A stretch of DNA of 20,000 nucleotides from an uncultured virus (IMG/VR IMGVR_UViG_3300008113_000102). Taxonomy: Duplodnaviria; Heunggongvirae; Uroviricota; Caudoviricetes. Numbering within the stretch: position 1 is the stretch's first letter; each line of letters opens with the position of its first letter. Below, one piece after another: positions 1 to 9,721 of this stretch. The notes below the pieces were generated by a model. The model did no database searches. It was not told the DNA's origin and was given only the letters and a program-made list of their open reading frames with translations. The DNA is taken from IMG/VR virus record IMGVR_UViG_3300008113_000102; one strand, written 5' to 3'. The position numbers were made by a program, and so were the translations under genes.

Positions 1-449
1 GTACCTAATGTTTTAGGATAAAACTGAAATTGATTATCTTCTAGCAAGTATATCGGGTTGTCCGCAATTGGATCAATTTGGCTATTGTAATAAGAATACA
101 ATTTATCTTGAGAAACAAATCTTATTCTATGCAAACCATCAGACTTCCACATAGCATCAACTTGCAAAAAATCAGCTGGTGCCGGAGCAACTCCAGTTCC
201 GCTATTTATAGTTAAATTAGATTCTGCAATCAAAGGGGTTAACCTTTGTCTAGTGTTTTCATTTTGACTATAATTAATTCTAGCTTGAGGCCTTCCGTAT
301 TGATATTGTTGAAATTCACCTAATAAATAGTCTTGATATGAAATCTGCGCTTGATTTATAGTCAGATTAAACTCTGCTGGAGTCAAATAGCCGTTCTGCG
401 CCTTATTAACCGCATACTGGCAAATACGATATACATCATTAACATTCAT
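1..449 (-). CDS. crAss-like ring/head-tail adaptor protein (5' part; runs off the window edge)
   Basis: Not in the ORF track. Manual translation from ATG 449 gives MNVNDVYRICQYAVNKAQNGYLTPAEFNLTINQAQ..., open to the window edge. The NKxQxGYLTPxEFN..NQAQ motif resembles crAss-like ring proteins encoded downstream of the capsid gene. Confidence 0.65.
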   Translation of the reverse strand, partial: MNVNDVYRICQYAVNKAQNGYLTPAEFNLTINQAQISYQDYLLGEFQQYQYGRPQARINYSQNENTRQRLTPLIAESNLTINSGTGVAPAPADFLQVDAMWKSDGLHRIRFVSQDKLYSYYNSQIDPIADNPIYLLEDNQFQFYPKTLG

Positions 450-466
450 TGAAATAAGTTATACAA

Positions 467-474
467 CAAATATA
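467..474 (-). promoter_or_regulatory. Bacteroidota -7 promoter element TATATTTG
   Basis: Matches TAnnTTTG, 17 nt upstream of ATG 449 and just downstream of a terminator. Confidence 0.65.
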
Positions 475-486
475 CGAAAAAGTAAT

Positions 487-521
487 AAAAAAGCCCCGTA
501 ATTTTTAGGTTACGAGGGCTT
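487..521 (-). terminator. Intrinsic terminator after the 296-aa gene
   Basis: AAGCCC-CGTAA / TTACG-A-GGGCTT stem with one bulge, followed by a U-run on the minus strand. Confidence 0.7.
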
Positions 522-542
522 CTTATATTTGGGGGGAAAGTA

Positions 543-1433
543 TTAAACTAGCTTCTTTAATTGCTCTAAAAATGCCCTACTTTCATCTTGAGGGAACATT
601 GCAAATTCAACCAAGTAATTTTGTGGCTTTTTATCTGAAGGTATCTTGCAAATAAAACCACCATCACCTGACCAATAAGCAGATCCTTTCTTAGTAGTAG
701 TATCTATTTTATTGTCAATTAATGCCTTTTTAACAATGTAAGCTATTTCAACTTCTTTAGAGCCAGCGCTTTGCATAAACTTATTAGGTTGTGCCTCAGC
801 GTAAAGCTCATAGTCGTTTCTTAATGCTTCCAATGATTTAGGCATACCTAATTCATCTACAAATGAAATTCCAAGATAATTACAGTGCTTACGCATTTCC
901 TCGTCAGAAGCTAGGGAAGCATACTTAATAGCTTCAACTTTAGCAACTCTCTTAGCGCGTTCAAGCTCTGCTGTTCTCTGAGGATTCCATTGGAAAAATG
1001 TTACTTTTCTAGTTCCTTTTCTATTTGGATTATCTAGGTTAGCATTACAAAGATTTAAAAACTCAAGAGCTTCTACATCATATTCTGCAACCCTTAAAAC
1101 CCTTCTATCAAAGATTAGACTTCTTCTATTTTGCTCTACGAATGATTTTTCTAAACCTTTTTGATCCTCAACCCAAATGCTTGGATAGCCTCTCAAAAGT
1201 CTAATTCTCTCCATTCTACCCTTCTTTTCATTCCAAACATCATCAATACCTTCCATGTGGTATTTACCATTTTTTTTGGTGTCTGATAATTTGAAAATTT
1301 TAAAAGTATTACCGGTAGCTACGGGCGCTTCATTAAGCGCTGCTGTAGATTCTTCGTATTGTCTTGATTGTACTTGTTCACCTTGTTGTGAAAAATTGGC
1401 ATCTTGTATGCCTACTGCCTTTAAACGAGCCAT
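543..1433 (-). CDS. Conserved phage protein downstream of the major capsid gene (probable virion/morphogenesis protein)
   Basis: 296-aa ORF between the capsid gene and the ring-protein gene, the same position as a conserved gene in crAss-like head modules. Function not recognised. Confidence 0.6.
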   Translation of the reverse strand: MARLKAVGIQDANFSQQGEQVQSRQYEESTAALNEAPVATGNTFKIFKLSDTKKNGKYHMEGIDDVWNEKKGRMERIRLLRGYPSIWVEDQKGLEKSFVEQNRRSLIFDRRVLRVAEYDVEALEFLNLCNANLDNPNRKGTRKVTFFQWNPQRTAELERAKRVAKVEAIKYASLASDEEMRKHCNYLGISFVDELGMPKSLEALRNDYELYAEAQPNKFMQSAGSKEVEIAYIVKKALIDNKIDTTTKKGSAYWSGDGGFICKIPSDKKPQNYLVEFAMFPQDESRAFLEQLKKLV

Positions 1434-1452
1434 AAAATGGTTTTTATATGTT

Positions 1453-1490
1453 TAAAATAGGTAGCGACAATCAATAAAGTTGCCGCTACC
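1453..1490 (-). terminator. Hairpin/terminator after the major capsid gene
   Basis: Minus strand GGTAGCGGCAA-ctttattga-TTGTCGCTACC: 11-bp stem with one G-U pair, followed by TATTTT. Confidence 0.7.
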
Positions 1491-1513
1491 CGATTAATTA
1501 AAGGTAATTAAAA

Positions 1514-2926
1514 TTAGTTACCTTGAAGGATGATAAACTGATTTGCTGCACAAACGCGAGTACCACGATAAGTGATCATTGCGATTTGATTAGTCATTGT
1601 ACCATCTGTTGGATTAGGAGATCCACCACCATATTGCCATACGCGAATACCGTTACCAACAGTACCACCTACCGGAGGTTGCTGATACATGATAGTAATA
1701 TTCTTGTAAACTTGAGCAGTTTTTGCATCCTTAGTTTCACCCATTGGATAGATTAGACCGAAATTACGGAAGTAATCTACGTTAGGAGTTAAACCAGTTG
1801 TAACCTCAGTGTTGAATTGAGAGTACTTCTTAACAGATAATAAGTAACCGTCAATGAAGATTTCTTGGAAGCCATAAGCAACAGAAGCTTCTTTTGACTT
1901 TTCGCCTTGACCATAAACGAAAGCACCAGCAGGGTATGCAGAGAAGATACCATCACTGAAGTCTTGTCTTTGGAAAATATCAGCTAACCATGCAGATTGC
2001 TTAGCACAACCATTAACGTCCATGATACGAGTAATCTCATGAAGTTTAGCGATATCAAGTGTACCCGGAGTGTAACCAACAGTTTCACCGTCAGCAACAA
2101 CTTTAGGGATGATACCTACAGAACCTTGAGAATTAGAATCAATAGCGCTATTGTTTTGTAAGTTACCACGCATTAATTTAGCTTCTACGTTGTTTTTGAA
2201 ACGTACAAGTGTTTTGTACATACCTTTGTATGTAAATGCAGTTGCACCATTTGCAGCCATATCAGGAGATACAGGGAACTCATAATATGTTTCAGCCATT
2301 TGTGCTAAGTCGGTATTGCTCCAACCATCACGAATTTCTGTTACATAGTTATCATATCTTTGATCCAATTGGATTAAAGGATTGATTTGAGTTGAAGCTT
2401 CACCAGCATCAGCGTCACCGCCAAATAATAAAACCTCACCAGCAAGTAATGAGTTTACACCAGCTGAAGCAAAACGCTGACTAGTTTGCTTAGGAGCAAC
2501 TTCAAATGTGAAAGCGTAAGGAGTTGTATCATCAATTGAAACGATAACACCCTCTACGTTAGAAGAAGCAACACGCAAAGTTTCTTTTAATCTTAATGGA
2601 GATTGAGTACCACTGTTGTAATACGCTTCTTGACCAAGAGTTAAAGTTAAAGTTGCACCAACACCTGCTGCTACAGTAGATTCGTTTGTAACACCCGGCA
2701 TTAATTTACCGCGGTTTTCAAACCAGAAGTAGTTTAAGTTTTTAACTTCTTCCATGCCACTATGAGCTGCTAACCACCAAGTAAAATCTTCGTTACCGTA
2801 CTTTTGAGTGTACTGCTTATAGTACTGTGGGGTTAATAATTGTAAGTCAACCATCAGTTGACGATTCTGGGACTGGAGTGATATTGCACCCGGTTGCAGA
2901 ATATTAGAGGTAGGTATCCCTGCCAT
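1514..2926 (-). CDS. Major capsid protein (crAss-like)
   Basis: 470 aa; located after portal and acidic scaffold-like gene; N-terminal 'QKYGNEDFTWWL...YFWFE' region resembles crAss-like capsid proteins; followed by a terminator. Confidence 0.8.
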   Translation of the reverse strand: MAGIPTSNILQPGAISLQSQNRQLMVDLQLLTPQYYKQYTQKYGNEDFTWWLAAHSGMEEVKNLNYFWFENRGKLMPGVTNESTVAAGVGATLTLTLGQEAYYNSGTQSPLRLKETLRVASSNVEGVIVSIDDTTPYAFTFEVAPKQTSQRFASAGVNSLLAGEVLLFGGDADAGEASTQINPLIQLDQRYDNYVTEIRDGWSNTDLAQMAETYYEFPVSPDMAANGATAFTYKGMYKTLVRFKNNVEAKLMRGNLQNNSAIDSNSQGSVGIIPKVVADGETVGYTPGTLDIAKLHEITRIMDVNGCAKQSAWLADIFQRQDFSDGIFSAYPAGAFVYGQGEKSKEASVAYGFQEIFIDGYLLSVKKYSQFNTEVTTGLTPNVDYFRNFGLIYPMGETKDAKTAQVYKNITIMYQQPPVGGTVGNGIRVWQYGGGSPNPTDGTMTNQIAMITYRGTRVCAANQFIILQGN

Positions 2927-2974
2927 AATATTTAATTTTTTATTTTAACACCTTCTCCAAGGGTAATATTTAAG

Positions 2975-4165
2975 TTACGAACTAAAAGCCCAATTAGCCA
3001 ATTGCTCCTGTATAGCAGCATTTGGATTTAGACTTGGAGCCGTTCCTTGCGGAGTGGGGGTTTGGTTAATGCTTACGTTACCACTCTTCTTTAAATGAGC
3101 AAGCAATCTTTGAGATGCTGCTTCATTAGCCACCTTTTGCAAAATTCTAGGCAAATTTTCAAGAACATACTTGTCGGCCATTATTTGTCTTACGTTTGGT
3201 TTTCCTTCCTCGTTAAACCATCTGTTTTCTAAATAAGCTTCGCCATCAAAATCTGATAGTTCTTGCTTTAATGCTAATCTCTCATCCTCTGCTACATTAA
3301 ATGAAATCGGTATTTCAACATCATCGTCTTTAACCGAAACATTAAATCCATTAAAAGATTGAAATTCAGAATCAAGCGTTTTTTCATAAATTGACCTAGC
3401 TTGTTGCAAATATTCAAATTCCTCTTGATATTGCGCCTCCCTTCCGGCCTCATTATAAATATCTGGTAGTTTTATTTCACTTTTTAACTTTGCTATTTCT
3501 GGTCTAAGCACTTTAGCTTCAATCATCAGACGTTTCTCTGTGTAATCAGCTTGTGCTTGCCAAGTCTTTAACTTATCAGCATAATCCTCATCAGTTTCAT
3601 CATAACCTTGTTCAGGTTTCAAAGGTACGAAAAATTGATCATAAAATAAAAGATCAACTTCATCCGCACTTAAATCCTTAAACTTGTTTTGAATGTTTGT
3701 TTTTACAATTTCAGCTGCAATTTCAGTTGTTAATTCCGAATTAGTTAATTTATCAAGTTTTTTTTGTTCATTTAAAATTTGATAAACATCATCAGTCTTA
3801 CCTTCTTTAATTGCATCAAAAAGAGTTCTACTTACATCATCAGAAAAATCAAATTGTGGAGTTTGCTCCCTTTCTTCAATTAATCTCAAAAATTCTGTTT
3901 CAGCTTCATCTACTGTATCAAAACCAAATCTTTCTTTAATAAAAGAATCTGGGTTAAAAGTAGAATAATCTGTTTGTTGTTGTTGATTCTCACTAACTAT
4001 CGCATCCGGAGATGAATTAGCTGTATTGTCAACATTTTGTTCTTCATTTGCAGTAGGGGCTACTTCTACTTGCGGTTGCACTTGTGGTACAACATCTTCA
4101 TCCGAAAACGGATTGTAACCTTCTGCCAGCTTTATTGGAGCTGACATGTCTTGATTTTCTAGCAT
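2975..4165 (-). CDS. Putative capsid scaffolding protein
   Basis: 396 aa, very acidic with a low-complexity N-terminus and helical body; immediately upstream of the capsid gene. Confidence 0.6.
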   Translation of the reverse strand: MLENQDMSAPIKLAEGYNPFSDEDVVPQVQPQVEVAPTANEEQNVDNTANSSPDAIVSENQQQQTDYSTFNPDSFIKERFGFDTVDEAETEFLRLIEEREQTPQFDFSDDVSRTLFDAIKEGKTDDVYQILNEQKKLDKLTNSELTTEIAAEIVKTNIQNKFKDLSADEVDLLFYDQFFVPLKPEQGYDETDEDYADKLKTWQAQADYTEKRLMIEAKVLRPEIAKLKSEIKLPDIYNEAGREAQYQEEFEYLQQARSIYEKTLDSEFQSFNGFNVSVKDDDVEIPISFNVAEDERLALKQELSDFDGEAYLENRWFNEEGKPNVRQIMADKYVLENLPRILQKVANEAASQRLLAHLKKSGNVSINQTPTPQGTAPSLNPNAAIQEQLANWAFSS

Positions 4166-4188
4166 AAATGCTTATTTGTTTTTCGTTA

Positions 4189-4452
4189 TTAATCTATAAC
4201 TATAGAGCCATCTACATCAATTGTAATGGCATACTTGACACCAGTATTTGTAAGTAATTGAACTCCATACCAATCAGAACCGTTTCCGTAAATTGGTTGG
4301 ATTAAATCACTTTCAGCATATAGAATATTAGCACTAGTCAAAGTTGCTGTGGTTGCATAAACTATTCTGGTTCCTTGTAAAACTCCAACATTATAAGCTT
4401 CTTGAGCTGTTGGATATGTATTTTTAGATAAAACGTATGCGTAACTTGCCAT
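4189..4452 (-). CDS. Small putative virion protein
   Basis: 87 aa, rich in T/G/Y/V, beta-strand-like, with 'LY..DL..PIYGNG..WY...IDVDGSI' pattern; inside the head operon. Confidence 0.55.
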   Translation of the reverse strand: MASYAYVLSKNTYPTAQEAYNVGVLQGTRIVYATTATLTSANILYAESDLIQPIYGNGSDWYGVQLLTNTGVKYAITIDVDGSIVID

Positions 4453-4463
4453 TTTAATTTATT

Positions 4464-4811
4464 TTAAGCTATTTTTAAATATTTACCAATAATGCCAAAT
4501 GCCACAATGCCACTTGCATTAATTGATGAAACGTCTGTTTTAGTAGTTAAATTAACACCTAGAACAGTAACCCAGTTAATTGGAACTTCTGGAGCTGGCA
4601 ATAACTGACCTTCAATTGCACCATCATCATTCGTTGTGGTAAAATTAACTGCCGCAGAAGGAGTTACTACTTGAACTACAGCTGAGTCCCAGCCAGATAA
4701 ATCTTGGTAAAAACTACCATTAGCATTAAAAGAATCAGTTGCATCTACAACTGTACTAATTTTAGAACTAAATTTTTGAAGTCTTATTAAGAGCTTGCTT
4801 ACCGTTGCCAT
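4464..4811 (-). CDS. Small putative virion protein
   Basis: 115 aa, rich in S/T/V/A; directly downstream of the portal; A-rich leader. Confidence 0.55.
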   Translation of the reverse strand: MATVSKLLIRLQKFSSKISTVVDATDSFNANGSFYQDLSGWDSAVVQVVTPSAAVNFTTTNDDGAIEGQLLPAPEVPINWVTVLGVNLTTKTDVSSINASGIVAFGIIGKYLKIA

Positions 4812-4830
4812 TTTATTTTATTTTATAGTT

Positions 4831-7227
4831 TTATTGTTGTGTTTCCATTTGTTCTTGTAATTCAGGTTCCATTTGTTGTTCTTCAGAACCTTGTTCCATT
4901 TCTTGCTGTTGCATTTGCTCCATTTGAGCTTGCTGTTGTTGAGCTAATGCTTGTTGTTGTTGTTGATTTTGAACAGCAATTGGGACGGTGACGTTCTGTA
5001 ACATATTAGCAACTAATGTCTGAAGTTCTGCTGGTACAGGAATATTTGCTTTTGCAAGATCAAAAACACCTTGTAAAATTATTTCCTTTTCCTTTGTTAA
5101 AGACTTTTGCTGTTCAAGAGAGCTATCTGCCTGCATCTTAGATTGAATACTCGCTTGTTGAGCTTCTGCATTTTGCTGAGAATTAACCATAGCTTTTTCT
5201 TGCTCGGTTTTTATAAATCTTTTTTGAGCTTGTCTAAAATACAATTCCCCAAGTTCTACATTTTCTTTAGCCATTCTCATTGCTTTAAATGGATCTAAGT
5301 AAATAACTAATTGAGGATTTGACGCAATAGCATTGTTCATCATTGCTTGCAATGTAGCAAGTTGAACGTCATCAGGCATCATTTTTATAGAAGCAACAAA
5401 ATTTCTGTCCTTTACCTGCTCTTCCTTTAATAAATCGCTATATTTTTTAGCACCATGTGTAACACTTTTATTTATTAAACAAGCCACCTTTTTAGCAGTT
5501 TCTTCCATTACATAGATATATGCATCATACATATATTCAGTAGCGTTATTTGCTAAAACTCTTGAAGCCTCAATATTAGAAGCAGCCACTCTTGGTTGTG
5601 CAGCTTGGTTCATTAAATTAGGATCTTCACCTAATTCATCTTTTAATACTTGATAATGGAATTGATATAACTGAATTAAAGCTTGTAATTGAGGAGAAAA
5701 ACCTGTATTAGCTAATTCTGTAATTGGAACAGGAATACGATTACCTTCAGCATCTCTACCGCGATAATAAAGTTTACCTGTTTGTTCCCATATCTTTTGA
5801 ACATCAATAGGCTTTACAGAATCACCTAAACCTAAGTCAAGCTCCTGTAATGCGTCAACATCAATTGCCGCACCTGCCGGTACCATTTTAGCTACAAGTT
5901 GTTGTATCTTTAATCTAGCTAAAATCATTTGTTCAATAGGCTCTTCAATTTTTTCTGGTACAGCTACGTTACGCATGTCATAAGGATCATACATATAAAA
6001 GCTATAAGAAAATTCTGCGTTGCCTATTTCTTTTGGATCTTGTGGACGAATCATGTTTTTCTTAATTCCCCAATGAATCATTGTTTGAGTAACTGGGCAA
6101 TAAACACCATGATAAATATTCCACTTTTTCTCTTCTAAATATTCTTGATTTTCATCTAATTTTTCTGGCTTACCTTTTTTGATAATAGTGCTACCATTCT
6201 TTTTAGTTTTAGTAACAGTATAACCATCAGAATCTAATGTGCGAATTTCAAAATTAACTAAATCAATATTCCACTCATCATAAGGTCTTAGCCAAGCGAC
6301 ATTCCAATCTTGCATCCACTTAATCTTATCAGTAAGTTGATACTCTTTTGATGATTGAGCTAATTGAAATATATCTTCTTCAGAAAGTGTACCCCCTGCT
6401 GCTTTACTATATCTTGCTCTTACTTCACTAATCTTCATTGAAAGAATGTGACCTCTATAAGTCGTATCTCTAAAATCAGGGAAATCAGAATATGAATAAA
6501 TAGCATTTTCAGGTCTAATCCATTGAACATGAACTTCACCTTCTTCATCCATCCAAGTATATGTACAAACTAATCCAACCTCAGCTGAATCATGCAATAA
6601 TCTTTGTTTCAAAACATCGTTCCAGCCATTGGCTTCAAAAACATTATTACAACCAATGCTGTATAATATTTCTTCTGGCAAATGATTGAACTCCATTATC
6701 CATTGATCTAATTCATCTTTATCTTCTGCAACAAATGTATCTTTAGGAATAATTTCAACACCAGATTCTTGCTGTAATTGAGCAAGAGTTTCTTTATTTC
6801 TGTATAAAAATTCTGCCTCATCTGCTTGTCTTTGTTTTAACATTGCAGATGCGGTGTCATTAGCATTAACTGTAATTTTTTCTCTACGACTCATCCAAGA
6901 ACCAACCAACCTAGCAACAATAGTATTACCAATAATAATTGATTTCCAGTTTATATTTACAAAATTGGCTTTGCCATTCATTTCCAATCGGTCCATAAAC
7001 ACACTCATGTCTACTTTACCGTTAGCAATTTGTCTGTTTTTTCTAAATCTATTGTTTCTTAACCAAAAATAAGTTTGGTTACCATAAATTGTAGAATAGA
7101 TATTTTGGGCAACGTTTTTACCGTATAAATAATCTTTTTTAGACGCTACATCAGTAGTAATTTGGAAGTCTTTAAGCGACTGTCCACTACTATTTGCCGA
7201 GGATATGTATAAAGGACTCTCTGCCAA
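4831..7227 (-). CDS. Portal protein (crAss-like), probable TTG start at 7227
   Basis: About 800 aa directly after the large terminase, with a Gln-rich coiled-coil C-terminus. The track start at 7248 lies inside a promoter element, so the in-frame TTG at 7227 is preferred. Confidence 0.8.
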   Translation of the reverse strand: MAESPLYISSANSSGQSLKDFQITTDVASKKDYLYGKNVAQNIYSTIYGNQTYFWLRNNRFRKNRQIANGKVDMSVFMDRLEMNGKANFVNINWKSIIIGNTIVARLVGSWMSRREKITVNANDTASAMLKQRQADEAEFLYRNKETLAQLQQESGVEIIPKDTFVAEDKDELDQWIMEFNHLPEEILYSIGCNNVFEANGWNDVLKQRLLHDSAEVGLVCTYTWMDEEGEVHVQWIRPENAIYSYSDFPDFRDTTYRGHILSMKISEVRARYSKAAGGTLSEEDIFQLAQSSKEYQLTDKIKWMQDWNVAWLRPYDEWNIDLVNFEIRTLDSDGYTVTKTKKNGSTIIKKGKPEKLDENQEYLEEKKWNIYHGVYCPVTQTMIHWGIKKNMIRPQDPKEIGNAEFSYSFYMYDPYDMRNVAVPEKIEEPIEQMILARLKIQQLVAKMVPAGAAIDVDALQELDLGLGDSVKPIDVQKIWEQTGKLYYRGRDAEGNRIPVPITELANTGFSPQLQALIQLYQFHYQVLKDELGEDPNLMNQAAQPRVAASNIEASRVLANNATEYMYDAYIYVMEETAKKVACLINKSVTHGAKKYSDLLKEEQVKDRNFVASIKMMPDDVQLATLQAMMNNAIASNPQLVIYLDPFKAMRMAKENVELGELYFRQAQKRFIKTEQEKAMVNSQQNAEAQQASIQSKMQADSSLEQQKSLTKEKEIILQGVFDLAKANIPVPAELQTLVANMLQNVTVPIAVQNQQQQQALAQQQQAQMEQMQQQEMEQGSEEQQMEPELQEQMETQQ

Positions 7228-7245
7228 TTTGAATATATTTTGTGT

Positions 7246-7253
7246 CAAATATA
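7246..7253 (-). promoter_or_regulatory. -7 promoter element TATATTTG for the portal-capsid operon
   Basis: TAnnTTTG match in the terminase-portal gap. Confidence 0.6.
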
Positions 7254-7284
7254 CTAAATCTCCAGAATTTAATAAAAATTTTAA

Positions 7285-9333
7285 TTAATTAAAAGAAGGA
7301 ACATAGCTTTTTACCAAAGGTTCTCTTTTAGGAGGCTTAATAACAGGTTCCATTAAACAAACTATAAGCATCAAAAAAGAAACGGTAATATCATAGTCTG
7401 TTCTGTTATTTGGATCAAATTTTTTGGCATCCTCTAATAAATTCTCAAAATCTATAGAATCAATATGTGATTCAAAATACATAATTCCTACATCAGCTTG
7501 TTTTGTAAGGCTAAATGGGGTAGTAGGAAAACCCTTATACCTCTCAGCTGTTTCTCTTTTTGCAGGATCAATTGTAGAAATTGGATAAGAACCTAAATAA
7601 CCAACTCTACCCCTTTCCCTAAAATATGAAAGATAATCATCACTATTATGTTCATACCAAGCTTGATAACCGTAATATTCTGCTGCTAAAAGCACCTGTT
7701 CATGTAGCGTTTCTTTAATATGGGGCCTACCATATAGATGACCTATTGCCTTACCGGTATTTGAAGGATCTAATAAGTTATATCTTCTGCCAATCCAAGC
7801 CGATGCTTTTGAACCAAATTTACCGCCCTGACTATTACTGTATCCATCAATTGCAATAGCGCCATCATCTGTTCTACCGGGTTTTTTTGTTCTAATATCA
7901 AACACATGACTGTTCTCTTTTCCAACAGGTGGAAATTGAGTGATAACCCAATGAAAATCTTCCTCTTTATCGTTTATGTTTCTCCATTTTACCGTTTGGT
8001 CAATATCTCTATAAAATATAACATGCCTTTTTAATACCGGATTTTCTTTTAAATACGACTCTCTTGCTGCTATATTCATTACATTAAATATGCATCCATC
8101 GGCATCTGTACTAAATGCCTCATCAATCGTTAATGGCTCTTTTCTAATACGAGCCGATAATGCTCTTGGGTTGTTTTTAACCGTTTCCCTATCTGCTTCA
8201 ATTTGCAAAAAAGTCTTTTCTTCATCTGGAAAACCAAAATCATCAAAGTTTCTTGTTCTTTTTGCAGACATGAAAAATCTATACAACCCACTAGATGTAT
8301 TACCATTGTCTTGTCTTTTCTCCTGATTACTTTCTTCCCAAAGTAGCTTAAATGCCTCTTGAACACCATCTTTTTCAGACGTAAGCTTCTCTACGGTAGT
8401 TGTATATAAAGCCTTACCAATAACCTTACCTTCATCATCCAGTAAACAATAACGAACAACCTCATGTCTGTCATAAACGTTTACTTCTGTTGTTTTACCG
8501 CACTCATCCGCAACATACCTATGCAACTTCTGTCCATCATAAGCTACCGTATCGGCAGACTGGTGGTCAATAACCGAACCAAGTTCATCTTTATCTACAT
8601 TATCCTCTGCCTTCTTACCTCTTACGTTTGTCTTTTGGAAACGCATTTCTGACTTTGGATTAACACCCAAAGACATATCGTACTCAGGTCTAAAGAATTT
8701 AGGAAGCCTTCTGAATGGATTTACAACCGTCTTTGCAAAGAATTTCTTGGCATCAGATCCTGTTTTAGACTGAATACCTCCATTTGTCATTTTGGTTCTG
8801 GTAGTATATTCTGTAACAAACAAACCAGCCACAAAGGACTTACCAAAACGTCTTTTTGTAACCTCCAACATTCCCATACATAATGGATCCTGTATGCAAT
8901 AGTCCATAAAATAAAACTTCTCTAAATCCGGAATCCTGAATTTAGGATAACCAATATCTATACTCCACCATTGCAAATACAAGTAATGCATACCTGTTAA
9001 AAAGGTAGGCTTACCATTATTCATGTACCAAAAGCCATTCAATCTTCTATCCCACTCCTGTTTCTTAAACTCCTCTAATTTTTCATCATAAAATTCTGGA
9101 GCATCATCTTTTTTCTTCTTATCGTATTCATCCCATTCTTTCATGGTATCAGCATACCAGCTTGGAAGCGGTATTCTTTTCCAATATTGCTCAGTTTGAA
9201 TATCGGACCTTTGGTAAATACCCCTATACTCAACCTGTTTGGTCAATATATTAAAAACATAACCTTCTGGTGGGAGATTACAATCTAATCCCTGAATGTG
9301 AATCGTGGAACCTTTTTCAATTTTTTCGTACAT
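7285..9333 (-). CDS. terL: Terminase large subunit
   Basis: Walker A-like VTKRRFGKS, Walker B RYVADECGK, C-terminal RNase H-like nuclease motif IAIDGY and terminal Asp-rich motif; adjacent to the portal. Confidence 0.88.
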   Translation of the reverse strand: MYEKIEKGSTIHIQGLDCNLPPEGYVFNILTKQVEYRGIYQRSDIQTEQYWKRIPLPSWYADTMKEWDEYDKKKKDDAPEFYDEKLEEFKKQEWDRRLNGFWYMNNGKPTFLTGMHYLYLQWWSIDIGYPKFRIPDLEKFYFMDYCIQDPLCMGMLEVTKRRFGKSFVAGLFVTEYTTRTKMTNGGIQSKTGSDAKKFFAKTVVNPFRRLPKFFRPEYDMSLGVNPKSEMRFQKTNVRGKKAEDNVDKDELGSVIDHQSADTVAYDGQKLHRYVADECGKTTEVNVYDRHEVVRYCLLDDEGKVIGKALYTTTVEKLTSEKDGVQEAFKLLWEESNQEKRQDNGNTSSGLYRFFMSAKRTRNFDDFGFPDEEKTFLQIEADRETVKNNPRALSARIRKEPLTIDEAFSTDADGCIFNVMNIAARESYLKENPVLKRHVIFYRDIDQTVKWRNINDKEEDFHWVITQFPPVGKENSHVFDIRTKKPGRTDDGAIAIDGYSNSQGGKFGSKASAWIGRRYNLLDPSNTGKAIGHLYGRPHIKETLHEQVLLAAEYYGYQAWYEHNSDDYLSYFRERGRVGYLGSYPISTIDPAKRETAERYKGFPTTPFSLTKQADVGIMYFESHIDSIDFENLLEDAKKFDPNNRTDYDITVSFLMLIVCLMEPVIKPPKREPLVKSYVPSFN

Positions 9334-9334
9334 A

Positions 9335-9721
9335 CTATGAGCGTTTGCCTGCTAATTCACCTATTTCATCAGCAACACTTTCTGGTGAAAATGGTCTTTT
9401 ATTTATTACGACAGCCTCTTTTTTGCTTTCTTTTCCTTCTTGGTTTATGCCTGCGGATATTTCTAATGCCCTAATAGACTCAGTAATTGTGCCAGCTTCG
9501 GACCAAAGCTTCTGCAATCTTTCAAATGACTTATCTTTTGGATCAATCAATTCAATATCTAGCAAATTAATCCTATTAAGCAATTCTGCCATCTCATTAG
9601 CCTTTCTTTGCAAGCTATAATAAAGCTTAATTGCCCCATCTTGCTCATAATAAGCCAATTTGCCACTTAAATAGGCATTTGATTTTTCTAATTCTTTTAC
9701 CTTTTGCTCTAATTCAGACAT
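9335..9721 (-). CDS. Putative terminase small subunit
   Basis: 128-aa helical/coiled-coil protein ending 1 nt before the terL start. Positional inference only. Confidence 0.45.
   Translation of the reverse strand: MSELEQKVKELEKSNAYLSGKLAYYEQDGAIKLYYSLQRKANEMAELLNRINLLDIELIDPKDKSFERLQKLWSEAGTITESIRALEISAGINQEGKESKKEAVVINKRPFSPESVADEIGELAGKRS

Noticed and set aside
2926..2973. TAATATTTAA repeat and small CCTT/AAGG hairpin before the capsid gene
   Set aside because: Too short and AT-rich to distinguish from chance, although a translational control role cannot be excluded.
4834..4970. CAA/TTG-rich repeats at the portal 3' end
   Set aside because: They encode the Gln-rich coiled-coil tail common in portal proteins; not a separate element.
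7285..9333. Intein or intron in terL
   Set aside because: Single ORF of ordinary length with no C...HN splice motifs or homing-endonuclease signature seen.
1255..9620. Short plus-strand and nested ORFs in the head module (1255, 1523, 5107, 5929, 6854, 8090, 8130, 8464, 9270)
   Set aside because: They are antisense or out-of-frame shadows of long conserved genes, with no recognisable motifs.
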